This document shows, piece after piece, positions 18,061 through 26,046 of a stretch of DNA of 36,582 nucleotides. Position numbers and translations under genes: made by a program. The stretch is from positions 1-36,582 of the forward strand of contig JAYTKL010000330.1 of NCBI GenBank assembly GCA_043730305.1, given 5' to 3'. The notes beneath the pieces are model-generated. The model searched no databases, was not told where the DNA came from, and was given only the letters and a program-made list of their open reading frames with translations. The DNA is from Deinococcales bacterium (GTDB taxonomy: Bacteria; Deinococcota; Deinococci; Deinococcales; JAAFIG01). Every line of letters starts with the position of its first letter. Within the stretch, counting starts at the first letter, position 1.

Positions 18061-21000
18061 TTACGGATATTGTTTCACTACCCATTCATCTTTGTCGAGT
18101 GCATCTTTGTCGGTATAACCGACTGTCATAATCTTTCCAGCAGCAGTCCAAGTAATTCCCCAGCCCGCATCGGCTCGCGGAGCAACGGCTGGCAAAACAG
18201 AACCAAGGTATGCGTTTGGATTATCACTACCATACAAAACCAGTGAGCCGAGCACACCATTGGCGTTTAAAATTCCTGCCATGTAATCCAAACCGGTAGC
18301 CGTGTAATTACTACCACTGACCGCAATTTCGCTGGTCGTTTTATTCACTGAAATACCCGTGCAGGTTTTACCCCCAGTGCTATTAGCAGCCCCAAAGCTG
18401 GTGATGCCGCTGCTCGAGCCGAAGCTTGTGTCAATCGCACCTGCCGTAAGTTCATAGCGAATTACAAAACAACTTTTGTTTGGCTCGGTCTCACCTACGC
18501 AATCGTTTACGCATTGCGTACCCGTACCAACCAAGAATGTTTTTAAGCCTGCGGCAGTTTTGATCGTTTGCAATCCCATTTCGTACAGTTGATTGCCACC
18601 CGTACTTGGAATATTGGTTTGAATCGCACCACCACCAACACCACCCCAAGAATTATCCAAATTGCCAGATACGTCGTAACGGGCTATTGCAGTAATCGTA
18701 CCGCCTGGTCGGATGACCCCACCAGCGTAAATGCGATATGTCGTACCAGATTCTTCGATCAACACGTCGTTCACACCTTGAGAAAACGAACTCAAGCCAA
18801 GCACACTCATCACATCGGTTTCGACTCGCCCAGCAGTGCCAAAAGTGTTGTCTGGCATACCAGCGCTATCAAAACGATGCAGTACAAAACGGTCACGCAC
18901 ACCAGGAGTCCGAGAATCAAAACCACCCGTAACAATATTGTCCTTACGATCAATGGCAACACTTCCAAAGTAATCATACTTTGCGTCGGTAAGCGTACCC
19001 ACAAACTTTGGGAATCCAATAAATGGAGTACCGTTTGGCTGGTATTTCATCAGTACGGCTTGCGTGTTGGTGGTGGTGGGTCCACCTGCATAACCAACCA
19101 CCACGATATTGCCTTGACTGTCAAGTGCAACATCCATTGCGGTGTCGTTGGCAGGACTAAAATTTTGTTCGTCCTGCCAAATTACTATTGTGCCTGTGGA
19201 ATCATAACGTCGCACAAAAAATTGTTTGCCCAGTGTCAAAGTATCACTCGAGCCAACCACGATGAAATCACCAGTGACAGCTTCTTGCACTACCGATTCG
19301 GCATGGTGCAAATCGAATGGCTTGGTTAAGGTTAAAACGTCGCTCGAGGTGTTGTTCTGTAAGTTCGTCTCACCAACAGGTAAGTAACTCGAGACTGTGG
19401 CGGTGTTCGTGATATTGCCTGTGGCGTTTGCATTGGTGGTTGCGGTCACGTTGATTGTGTAATTCGAGCCTGCTGCCAGAGAACTATTCGAGGTGCAAAT
19501 AATCGTTAGGAAACCCGTGCATGTTCCAGCCGAGGATGGTACAAACACTGCGCTTCCGCTCGAGAATGCTGCTGGTAAAGTGTCGGTGATCTTGATTGGA
19601 CCTGGAGCATCACCAGTGCTGGTATTTGTCACGTTTAACGTGTAATTTACAGTGCCTCCAGGTGCAACGGTTACATTAGAATGGGTTTTCGTGATAGCAA
19701 GGTCAAATCCCTCGAGTGCCATGTTTTGGCTGTCAATGCAGCTTTTGTTGTTTTGGTTGTTCGCGTCATTGTAGGCGATGGGGGTAGGGACACCAACTGG
19801 ATTGCCATTGACCAAACTAGCGCAGTTGGTTTCGCCTTGGGCTAGGGCTGGATTTTCTGGTTTGAGCGTGACATTGAGTACCAATGGTGGGAAACTCTGA
19901 CCGGCAGCCACAGGCGCACCCGAGTATGTGCAAGTCAGGGTTGGGAATGTTCCAGTGCAAGTCCAACCTGCGGCGGCGGAAGCTGCGGAAACCAATGGAG
20001 ATGAGGCAGTGAAAGCAATTACTGATCCAACAGGGATATTGGTGAGTGCGTCTTGAATGGTGACGGTGCTCAGGGCTGGTCCAGAATTATTGGTGACAAC
20101 AATTTGATACTGACCAGGCAAACCCCAATAGAAAGAATTGGCAGGGGTTGTTAACGGCGCAATTTGGGTTTTAACGATTCCCAAATCAGTTTTGGTGGGT
20201 TGGTATTTGGTGCATGGTTTGGCATATGGCGCTGGTCCTAAGTGGTTGTTGTTGTTGACCGTATCGCCCAGCAAAGGATAAAGCCAGGGGCAATTTTGTT
20301 GTGTGTTTAAATTCGTTAACCCTGTTACTTTAACGGTCACTTTCAAGGGTGGGTAAGGTGTACCTGCTGTCACAAATGCAGGTTTTAGATTGCACGTAAG
20401 AGTTCCTAGAAATACGGAGCAATTATAGGCAGGGTTGGCAGCGATTATTGCAGCAAGGTCATAGGAGTATCCAGCAGGGAGTGGTGGGTCTTGAATCTTG
20501 ACGTAAGTTGGCAACGGCGTTGGGTTTGCTAGGCTTGCCGTAATCGTAAATTCACCTGTGCCATTACCGCTTCCATCAACCACAAAAGGTTTAGATACGG
20601 TTTTGTCAATGATTAAGTCAAAACCTGATGCCGCAGCCGTGACTGTGCTGGCGGCAAGTACAATTTGGTTTGTCAGCACAGCGCTGTTGATGCTGATTGG
20701 CAGGTTGAGTAAATGTGTTCTTGCTTGTAGTGCCGTTGGGGCATCCACGTTTTTAAAAGTCAGATCAAACAAGGGTTTTAAACTGGTTTGTGCCTGTCCC
20801 TCGAGTTTTGCGCCGTCTTTGGCGGTACAAGTTAACAGCACTTCACTGGTTTGGTCGCAAGCGTAAAGGTTACTCTCGAGGCTTAAAAATTCTAAGTCAG
20901 ACGTGATGTTAAACGAGACTTGTGGCGGCATCCCAGCAACGCTGCTGGTATTTTTGACGATTGCTTCGGCGGGTTGAATGGTCGTGCCGTCCACGAAAGT

Positions 21001-21132
21001 TGTACCGAGTGCGTTACCTGTCACTTCAAAGCTTGCGTCTTGCACTGGACTGGGACACGCGGTTAACGCCCCTGCCATCAGGCTCGAGAGGACAAGCCAT
21101 TTGAGTGTTTTGTATTGCGGGTTGGTTTTCAT
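18061..21132 (-). CDS. Large surface lipoprotein with DUF11-like Ig repeats and C-terminal delta-60-repeat (beta-propeller-like) region
   Basis: GGAGG RBS; lipobox LTAC; repeats DL.I.KT...Y...VTN.....I.D.LP...W.C; C-terminal ARYD.SG.LD.SFG/TFG repeats. Confidence 0.8.
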   Translation of the reverse strand: MKTNPQYKTLKWLVLSSLMAGALTACPSPVQDASFEVTGNALGTTFVDGTTIQPAEAIVKNTSSVAGMPPQVSFNITSDLEFLSLESNLYACDQTSEVLLTCTAKDGAKLEGQAQTSLKPLFDLTFKNVDAPTALQARTHLLNLPISINSAVLTNQIVLAASTVTAAASGFDLIIDKTVSKPFVVDGSGNGTGEFTITASLANPTPLPTYVKIQDPPLPAGYSYDLAAIIAANPAYNCSVFLGTLTCNLKPAFVTAGTPYPPLKVTVKVTGLTNLNTQQNCPWLYPLLGDTVNNNNHLGPAPYAKPCTKYQPTKTDLGIVKTQIAPLTTPANSFYWGLPGQYQIVVTNNSGPALSTVTIQDALTNIPVGSVIAFTASSPLVSAASAAAGWTCTGTFPTLTCTYSGAPVAAGQSFPPLVLNVTLKPENPALAQGETNCASLVNGNPVGVPTPIAYNDANNQNNKSCIDSQNMALEGFDLAITKTHSNVTVAPGGTVNYTLNVTNTSTGDAPGPIKITDTLPAAFSSGSAVFVPSSAGTCTGFLTIICTSNSSLAAGSNYTINVTATTNANATGNITNTATVSSYLPVGETNLQNNTSSDVLTLTKPFDLHHAESVVQEAVTGDFIVVGSSDTLTLGKQFFVRRYDSTGTIVIWQDEQNFSPANDTAMDVALDSQGNIVVVGYAGGPTTTNTQAVLMKYQPNGTPFIGFPKFVGTLTDAKYDYFGSVAIDRKDNIVTGGFDSRTPGVRDRFVLHRFDSAGMPDNTFGTAGRVETDVMSVLGLSSFSQGVNDVLIEESGTTYRIYAGGVIRPGGTITAIARYDVSGNLDNSWGGVGGGAIQTNIPSTGGNQLYEMGLQTIKTAAGLKTFLVGTGTQCVNDCVGETEPNKSCFVIRYELTAGAIDTSFGSSSGITSFGAANSTGGKTCTGISVNKTTSEIAVSGSNYTATGLDYMAGILNANGVLGSLVLYGSDNPNAYLGSVLPAVAPRADAGWGITWTAAGKIMTVGYTDKDALDKDEWVVKQYP

Positions 21133-21234
21133 ACTTCCTCCAATAATTATTTTGTTGCTCGAGGTTGGGGTTTAAAGTCGTTGCTGGTTTTGGGTGGTCT
21201 TATGTGCGCCTCGCTTTCTTCTGTTTGTGCTCAG

Positions 21235-21267
21235 AGCGTAGTGTTTGGGGTCTTAATCGGGTCTTAA
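21235..21267 (-). promoter_or_regulatory. Promoter with TTAAGACCC direct repeats (11-bp period) just upstream of a -10 box TACGCT
   Basis: gggtcttaa at 21248-21256 and 21259-21267. There are 8 nt between the proximal TTAAGACC and TACGCT (21235-21240). Confidence 0.6.
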
Positions 21268-21411
21268 GGGGTGTCTCGAGTTTCGCTGGTCACTGCCCAA
21301 TCTCGAGTTGCCTTGTCCGTGTTCCGCCCTCCCCTGCGGTTAGCTGTTTTGCTGTTGGACTTGTACTGCATTAGGCAAGATGGTCGTCTACCAATTGTCT
21401 ACTTAGATAAA

Positions 21412-21432
21412 TCTGAGTGTTGTTGACTCAAG
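21412..21432. promoter_or_regulatory. HAIR-like (HspR) inverted repeat
   Basis: TCTGAGT-gttgttg-ACTCAAG, 12/14 match to CTTGAGT-N7-ACTCAAG. Confidence 0.5.
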
Positions 21433-21535
21433 TTTAGGGGTGTAAATGATTGATCCCAGATCGAGAATCTCGAGATTAAGGTCAGAATTTTAAGGTGGTA
21501 TTTTTGGTTTCTTGAAACAGTGCTACAATGAAATC

Positions 21536-21847
21536 ATGAAATCTCAAGTCAAAACCATTGGTGCAGGTGGACAAATTTATTTGGGCAAAGAATTCGCGGG
21601 TCAGCATGTACTGGTCACGCAAATAGACAAAGGCGTGTGGCGCATCAAAACAGCCGATGTCATTCCACACGATGAAAAATGGATGCACACCCCAGAGAAC
21701 ATTGCCAAAATAGATGAAGGTCTCAAACGTCTTGAACTGACACCCGCTCGAGCCACCACCCCTGAAGAAATGGAGGCTTTATTCGCTAAAGCCTTTGCCT
21801 TAGCCGAAGAACGTGAGCGAGCCAAAGAAAAGAATTTGCGTACATGA
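21536..21847 (+). CDS. Putative antitoxin (AbrB/MazE-like N-terminus)
   Basis: VKTIGAGGQIYLGKEFAG swapped-hairpin-like N-terminus; extended -10 TGcTACAAT 6 nt before the ATG; ATGA overlap with the downstream small gene. Confidence 0.65.
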   Translation: MKSQVKTIGAGGQIYLGKEFAGQHVLVTQIDKGVWRIKTADVIPHDEKWMHTPENIAKIDEGLKRLELTPARATTPEEMEALFAKAFALAEERERAKEKNLRT

Positions 21848-22119
21848 TTGAACTTGACTTAAACGATTCTGGTTTTCAAAAAGATTTGTTTAAACTTGAT
21901 AAAATCAATTTAGCCAAAGTCATGGGAACTTTAAAAAAATTAGCTCAAATGGCTTGGGAGCAAATTTATCAAGATCAAGGATTGCATTGGGAATGGATCG
22001 AAGACAAAGATTACTACACCATTCGGGCTTCCGATAAAATCAGGATCTCTGCCAGACGTGATGGAAACCTCATGCGTTTCCTTGGAATTTTTACCAACCA
22101 CGATGACGCGTACAATTAA
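21844..22119 (+). CDS. Putative RelE/ParE-fold toxin
   Basis: 91 aa with pattern F.KDL.KL.K......L.......GLHWE.I....YTIR.S...R.......L.....NHDDAY; translationally coupled to the upstream gene. Confidence 0.65.
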   Translation: MIELDLNDSGFQKDLFKLDKINLAKVMGTLKKLAQMAWEQIYQDQGLHWEWIEDKDYYTIRASDKIRISARRDGNLMRFLGIFTNHDDAYN

Positions 22120-22124
22120 AAAAC

Positions 22125-23756
22125 TCAGTTGGCGTTGTTAAACTCTCTAGCCGTCTCGAGCACCCAATTGCTGTAAATCCCTGACAAGAAACCACTGGCT
22201 TTCGTGTTGCGGTTTGCTGCGTCGTAAACCCATTTTGCAGTCTTATCAAGTTGATAGGCGCTTCGTAGGGCAGTGATGGCGTTTTGCCAACCCAAAGCTT
22301 GCCGTAAATCGCGGGTTAATTTCCAAATGGCTTTGCGGGCTTTGTCTTTTTCGGTGTCTTCTATCGCGTCGGGGTACAACGCGTCGGTCAGGACTTCAAG
22401 GCTGGCAGTTCCACCTTGCTCGAGCATGAACACCAGCAATTCACCAACCCGACTGGTGGGTGTTATTGGCACAGAGCGTCCGTTGACTTTGACTTGCAAC
22501 ACGCCCAAAGCGTTCACTTCGACTTTGGTTTGGGTTATGTACTTTAAACGCGTTTGTTTGGTCTCGAGCAGCGCGAACAAACTTGGGAAAGCCCGACTTT
22601 CTTCTTTGGTTTGCAGCGTCTCGAGCGGAATTTTTTGCAGTAATTCGCGGGCGGTGTCGGTGTTGCCAGCGCGTCGCTCGAGTTCGGCTTGAACGATTGT
22701 TGCAAGGTGTTGACTGCTGGCTTCGACCAAAGGCGTGGCAAATTTGAGGTCTTGGTGGGCTTCACTGTTGCGGTTTAATGCCAGGTACGTTACGGCTCGG
22801 ATCACCAACGAATCAGGAACAGCCCCGTGTTTGTGATTGGCAGCTTCGAGCACCTCGAGGGCAGCAGAAGCTTGACCTGAAAGCCGCAAGGTTCGTGCCA
22901 ATCCCTGTCTTGCGATTAAATCGTCATCTGGGTCTATGGCGCACTCAATCGCTTGACGCATCATAAATTCGGCTCGAGAAAACTCGCCTTTGGAACGCCT
23001 GAATGCTGCCAAGCCACGCAAGATCGCTGACCGTAAACCTTTTGCGTGCGGTTTGCGGGTCAGGTATTCGCCAATCAAAAAATGTTGTTCGGCTTCGGGG
23101 TCTTGCAACCGCAAAGCATTTCGACCAAGATTGAAACGCAACCAAGCCAGATGAAAATGATCGTTTGGGAAAAAAGTAAGCGCTTTGGTATTTAGAAATT
23201 GAGCTTGTTTGAGTTGACCATAACTTGACAGGCAATGTGCATAATCTAACAAAGTCAAACCAAGGGCACGACCATCTTGTAACTCAAGTGATTGTTTAAA
23301 AGTAGTCTGCCAGTCTTCTCCAAGCTGAAATTGAGTAAGTCCAAGACGGCGCAATGCTACGCCACGAATATTTCCACTAAGGTATGGCAATGCAGATAAA
23401 AGCGCTTCTTGGGCTTCGTCATTTTTGTCTTGAAGATACAATGCAAAAGAACGGTCAACCAAAATTCGCGCATTTGTTTTTGGATCAAATAGGTTTGCTA
23501 CACAATCGGTAAATTGTAGCAATTCCAGAACCATGCGGTTGCCCATCAGAACATTGGAGTACGCTGTGGCAACTCGAGCGGAGGAAGAGAGAATATCTTC
23601 TGGAATCAATTGTAAGCAGTCAAGTAAGGGTTTCCATTGATCTTGGGATTGAATTTTCAAGATAAAATCTAGAATTTTTTCAGCAGCATCTTCATGACGC
23701 TGTTCAGAAATCAAATGTCGTAGTACAAGTTGAATCCTAGTTACGGAAATTAACAC
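22125..23756 (-). CDS. TPR-repeat protein with C-terminal SARP/OmpR-type winged-helix DNA-binding domain; candidate peptide receptor
   Basis: GGGGAG RBS + GTG; ~400 aa of helical TPR-like repeats; C-terminal VEVNALG.LQVKVNG...ELLVFML...LTDALYP...IWKL..DLRQALG...Y.L. No ATPase motif or TM segment seen. Confidence 0.8.
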   Translation of the reverse strand: MLISVTRIQLVLRHLISEQRHEDAAEKILDFILKIQSQDQWKPLLDCLQLIPEDILSSSARVATAYSNVLMGNRMVLELLQFTDCVANLFDPKTNARILVDRSFALYLQDKNDEAQEALLSALPYLSGNIRGVALRRLGLTQFQLGEDWQTTFKQSLELQDGRALGLTLLDYAHCLSSYGQLKQAQFLNTKALTFFPNDHFHLAWLRFNLGRNALRLQDPEAEQHFLIGEYLTRKPHAKGLRSAILRGLAAFRRSKGEFSRAEFMMRQAIECAIDPDDDLIARQGLARTLRLSGQASAALEVLEAANHKHGAVPDSLVIRAVTYLALNRNSEAHQDLKFATPLVEASSQHLATIVQAELERRAGNTDTARELLQKIPLETLQTKEESRAFPSLFALLETKQTRLKYITQTKVEVNALGVLQVKVNGRSVPITPTSRVGELLVFMLEQGGTASLEVLTDALYPDAIEDTEKDKARKAIWKLTRDLRQALGWQNAITALRSAYQLDKTAKWVYDAANRNTKASGFLSGIYSNWVLETAREFNNAN

Positions 23757-23782
23757 GCAAGTCTCCCCAAATCAGTTTGACA

Positions 23783-23818
23783 TAAAAACAATGACGGGGT
23801 AGAAAACCCCCCGTCATT
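23783..23818 (-). terminator. Intrinsic terminator between the peptide gene and the TPR regulator
   Basis: Minus strand AATGACGGGG-ggttttcta-CCCCGTCATT followed by GTTTTTA. Confidence 0.8.
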
Positions 23819-23832
23819 CACTGCTTTTCTGA

Positions 23833-23988
23833 TTATCCGCCAGTACCGCCCTTTGTTGAATCATCTGCTGCAACAATTTGCATTTTGCTGTTTGTGTGGC
23901 TCGAGATTGCGGTTGTTGCGACCACAACGGTTAAAACGCTCAAGATTACGGCGATCAGGTAACGGTTGAACAATTTAATATTTTTCAT
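23833..23988 (-). CDS. 51-aa secreted pre-pro-peptide (Phr/AimP-like signalling peptide candidate), absent from the ORF track
   Basis: RBS TAAGGAG 7 nt before the ATG. Translation MKNIKLFNRYLIAVILSVLTVVVATTAISSHTNSKMQIVAADDSTKGGTGG*: basic N-region, hydrophobic core, polar C-terminal tail. Terminator immediately after. Confidence 0.85.
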   Translation of the reverse strand: MKNIKLFNRYLIAVILSVLTVVVATTAISSHTNSKMQIVAADDSTKGGTGG

Positions 23989-23999
23989 GGTGGTTCTCC

Positions 24000-24080
24000 T
24001 TAAAAGACTTGTGAGCGGTGTGATTTGCGGCGGGTCACGGTTTGTTTTTTGCGGGTCACATGGTCGTCATCTCGTTTCAT
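24000..24080 (-). CDS. Possible 26-aa basic leader ORF
   Basis: GAAAGAAGGG-ATG; MKRDDDHVTRKKQTVTRRKSHRSQVF*. Its TAA forms part of the peptide gene's RBS (TAAGGAG). Confidence 0.3.
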   Translation of the reverse strand: MKRDDDHVTRKKQTVTRRKSHRSQVF

Positions 24081-24126
24081 CCCTTCTTTCTTTTCTCGAG
24101 CGTGTTGCTTGCTCTTGAATGTCCAG

Positions 24127-24181
24127 AAGGTATAAAAAGACCCCTTAAACGCCTCGTAAGGGTTTTAGGGGTTGGTCTTAA
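24127..24181 (-). promoter_or_regulatory. Putative promoter of the peptide gene with 11-bp-phased TTA(A/C)G boxes
   Basis: Minus strand TTAAGACC (24181), TTACGAGG (24159), TTAAGGGG (24148), then 8 nt, then -10-like TACCTT (24132-24127). Confidence 0.4.
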
Positions 24182-24242
24182 AGGTGCTGCTGGACTTTGT
24201 TTTTAAGAATTATTTTTTTTGGTTTAGGTTTCTCGAGACATC

Positions 24243-24271
24243 AAAAAACCCCGACTTTTTAGGTCGGGGTT
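24243..24271 (-). terminator. Intrinsic terminator after the S8 peptidase
   Basis: Minus strand AACCCCGAC-ctaaaaa-GTCGGGGTTTTTT. Confidence 0.85.
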
Positions 24272-24296
24272 GGGGTGTTGCTCGAGTTTTACTGGC

Positions 24297-26003
24297 TTAT
24301 GGGGTCAGGATGCCTGCAATGTTCAGGATGCCAGCGCCGCATTTTTCGGGCGCACAAGGTTGCAGTTTAGGCATTGGTGTTGGCACGTTGGGTGGTATGG
24401 CGCTGGCAATTAATTTTTGCTTGAACGCGATTGGGTTAATGTCGGGCATTCCAACGTATTTGGCGTAGTACAAACTGGCGGCGGCACTGACTTGCGGGGC
24501 GCTAAAGGACGTGCCTGAAAAAAGTTTTAACGCGTTTACATCTGGGAACAATTGATTGCCTGCCACGGCTTTCACCACGCCAATACCGCTGATGGTGACG
24601 CTGGCGGCGACGCTCGAGAAATCCGAGGCTTGGTAGGTGTTTGCGATTGGTCCAACGAATGGTTCGACACTGGCAACCGAAATCAGTCCTGGTATCGCGT
24701 CGTAACTGCCAACTTCGGACAGTCCAAAATTGGCGGGGTAATTGGCTGGGCGGCTTACATCTGTGCCTTTGTTACCTGCCGAGGTCACAATGGTCATGCC
24801 GCGCTCGCTGGCATCGTTTAAGGCACTTAATAACATGCTCGAGGGGTACTTGCTGCCCAAACTTAAATTGATGACTTTGACAGGGTTTTCGCCTGTGTTG
24901 AGGCTGATGGCATAACACACGCCCAAGATCACGCTCGAGTTGCGGCATCGTCCAGCTTTGCCCTCGCAAACTTTGATTGGCACGACCAGTTTGTCCATTT
25001 GTGGCGTGTAAACGGTGGCGGCTGGTGCGAAGGTGTTCAGGATGGTTGCGCCGACCATTCCAGCCACGGCAGTACCGTGTCCAACGTTGTTCGTTGGACT
25101 TGCTAACGATCCGTCAGCGTTGCGTTCAGTTGCCAGGTCGGTGACATCCGTGGCGTTGCCCTCCTTGGTAAAATTACGGGCTGCGGCAAAGTCAATTAAA
25201 TTACCCGTGCCGCCAATACTAAAAATTGGGTGGTTGACAATACCAGAGTCAATCACGGCAACCCGAGCAAGGTGTAAATCTGCGGGTATGGCTCGAGCTT
25301 GGGCGGGTGTTTGCGAGCTGGTGTTGGACGTGATGTTTTGGCTGATACCTGCACTTGGACTATCAGCCACAAATTTGGCATTCAAATCAAAAACAATGCC
25401 AGGTTCTAAGCTTTCCAAACTTTTTTGCAGGGCATTTAAACCTTCAATCACAGATCGGCTGGCAGTGTTATCTGAAAGCAAGACCATTGCTTGTCCGCAA
25501 ACGCTGGTGCTGCCAGGAACGAGTGGTTCTTGGGTTTGGGTGATGCTAAAACCTGCGGCTGCAATGGCGTCAAGAACCGCGCTGCGATTTGCCAAGTCTG
25601 GTTTGAATGCCAGCAAACCACCACCTTCCAAAATGTATTTGGAACGACTGCTCTCGAGGTCGTAATCACTTTCTGGAAATGTTTCTGCAATGTCCAGCAC
25701 ACCGATTCCAGTTTTGGCTGTGGCACTTAAGTCGCTGTTATCAACCCGAAGCGAGTACGTGCCAGTTTTAAGCGGGTTGGCTATTTTTACTTTGACCCAC
25801 GCGCCTGTTGGGTCATTTTCTAAAATTGAAGCGTTTTGCGTTCCAATCAAGACTTTGACTGGAAACAAGTTCCGTCCTTCAATTCTAAATTCGGTGCTGG
25901 TACTCGAGATCAGGGTGCTGGAATGAAGTTGCGGTGGTGAACTGATTGGGTCAAAACATGCTGTTAGGCATAAAGTCAAAATCAAACTCAGTGTTTTTTT
26001 CAT
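24297..26003 (-). CDS. S8 (subtilisin-like) serine peptidase lipoprotein with N-terminal IPT/TIG-like domain
   Basis: GAGGAG RBS; lipobox LTAC; triad motifs AVIDSG, GHGTAVAG, SGTSFSAP; VINLSLG and SAGN motifs. Confidence 0.9.
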   Translation of the reverse strand: MKKTLSLILTLCLTACFDPISSPPQLHSSTLISSTSTEFRIEGRNLFPVKVLIGTQNASILENDPTGAWVKVKIANPLKTGTYSLRVDNSDLSATAKTGIGVLDIAETFPESDYDLESSRSKYILEGGGLLAFKPDLANRSAVLDAIAAAGFSITQTQEPLVPGSTSVCGQAMVLLSDNTASRSVIEGLNALQKSLESLEPGIVFDLNAKFVADSPSAGISQNITSNTSSQTPAQARAIPADLHLARVAVIDSGIVNHPIFSIGGTGNLIDFAAARNFTKEGNATDVTDLATERNADGSLASPTNNVGHGTAVAGMVGATILNTFAPAATVYTPQMDKLVVPIKVCEGKAGRCRNSSVILGVCYAISLNTGENPVKVINLSLGSKYPSSMLLSALNDASERGMTIVTSAGNKGTDVSRPANYPANFGLSEVGSYDAIPGLISVASVEPFVGPIANTYQASDFSSVAASVTISGIGVVKAVAGNQLFPDVNALKLFSGTSFSAPQVSAAASLYYAKYVGMPDINPIAFKQKLIASAIPPNVPTPMPKLQPCAPEKCGAGILNIAGILTP

Positions 26004-26046
26004 ACATCTCCTCAGAAATTCTCAAAACCAAAAATCCGCGTGTCTT

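Noticed and set aside
21386-21402. GTCTAC direct repeat with 11-bp period
   Set aside because: Only 6 bp and two copies, with no convincing -10 box at the expected distance. Too weak to call.
21466-21477. Perfect 12-bp palindrome AATCTCGAGATT upstream of the TA pair as an operator
   Set aside because: It is centred on the ubiquitous CTCGAG. With this many copies, a 3-bp extension is expected by chance.
23833-23988. Peptide as a RiPP/bacteriocin precursor or type I toxin
   Set aside because: No modification enzymes or peptidase-ABC exporter nearby. The GG motifs are at the extreme C-terminus rather than ending a leader, and the layout fits a Sec signal plus short tail. Not fully excluded.
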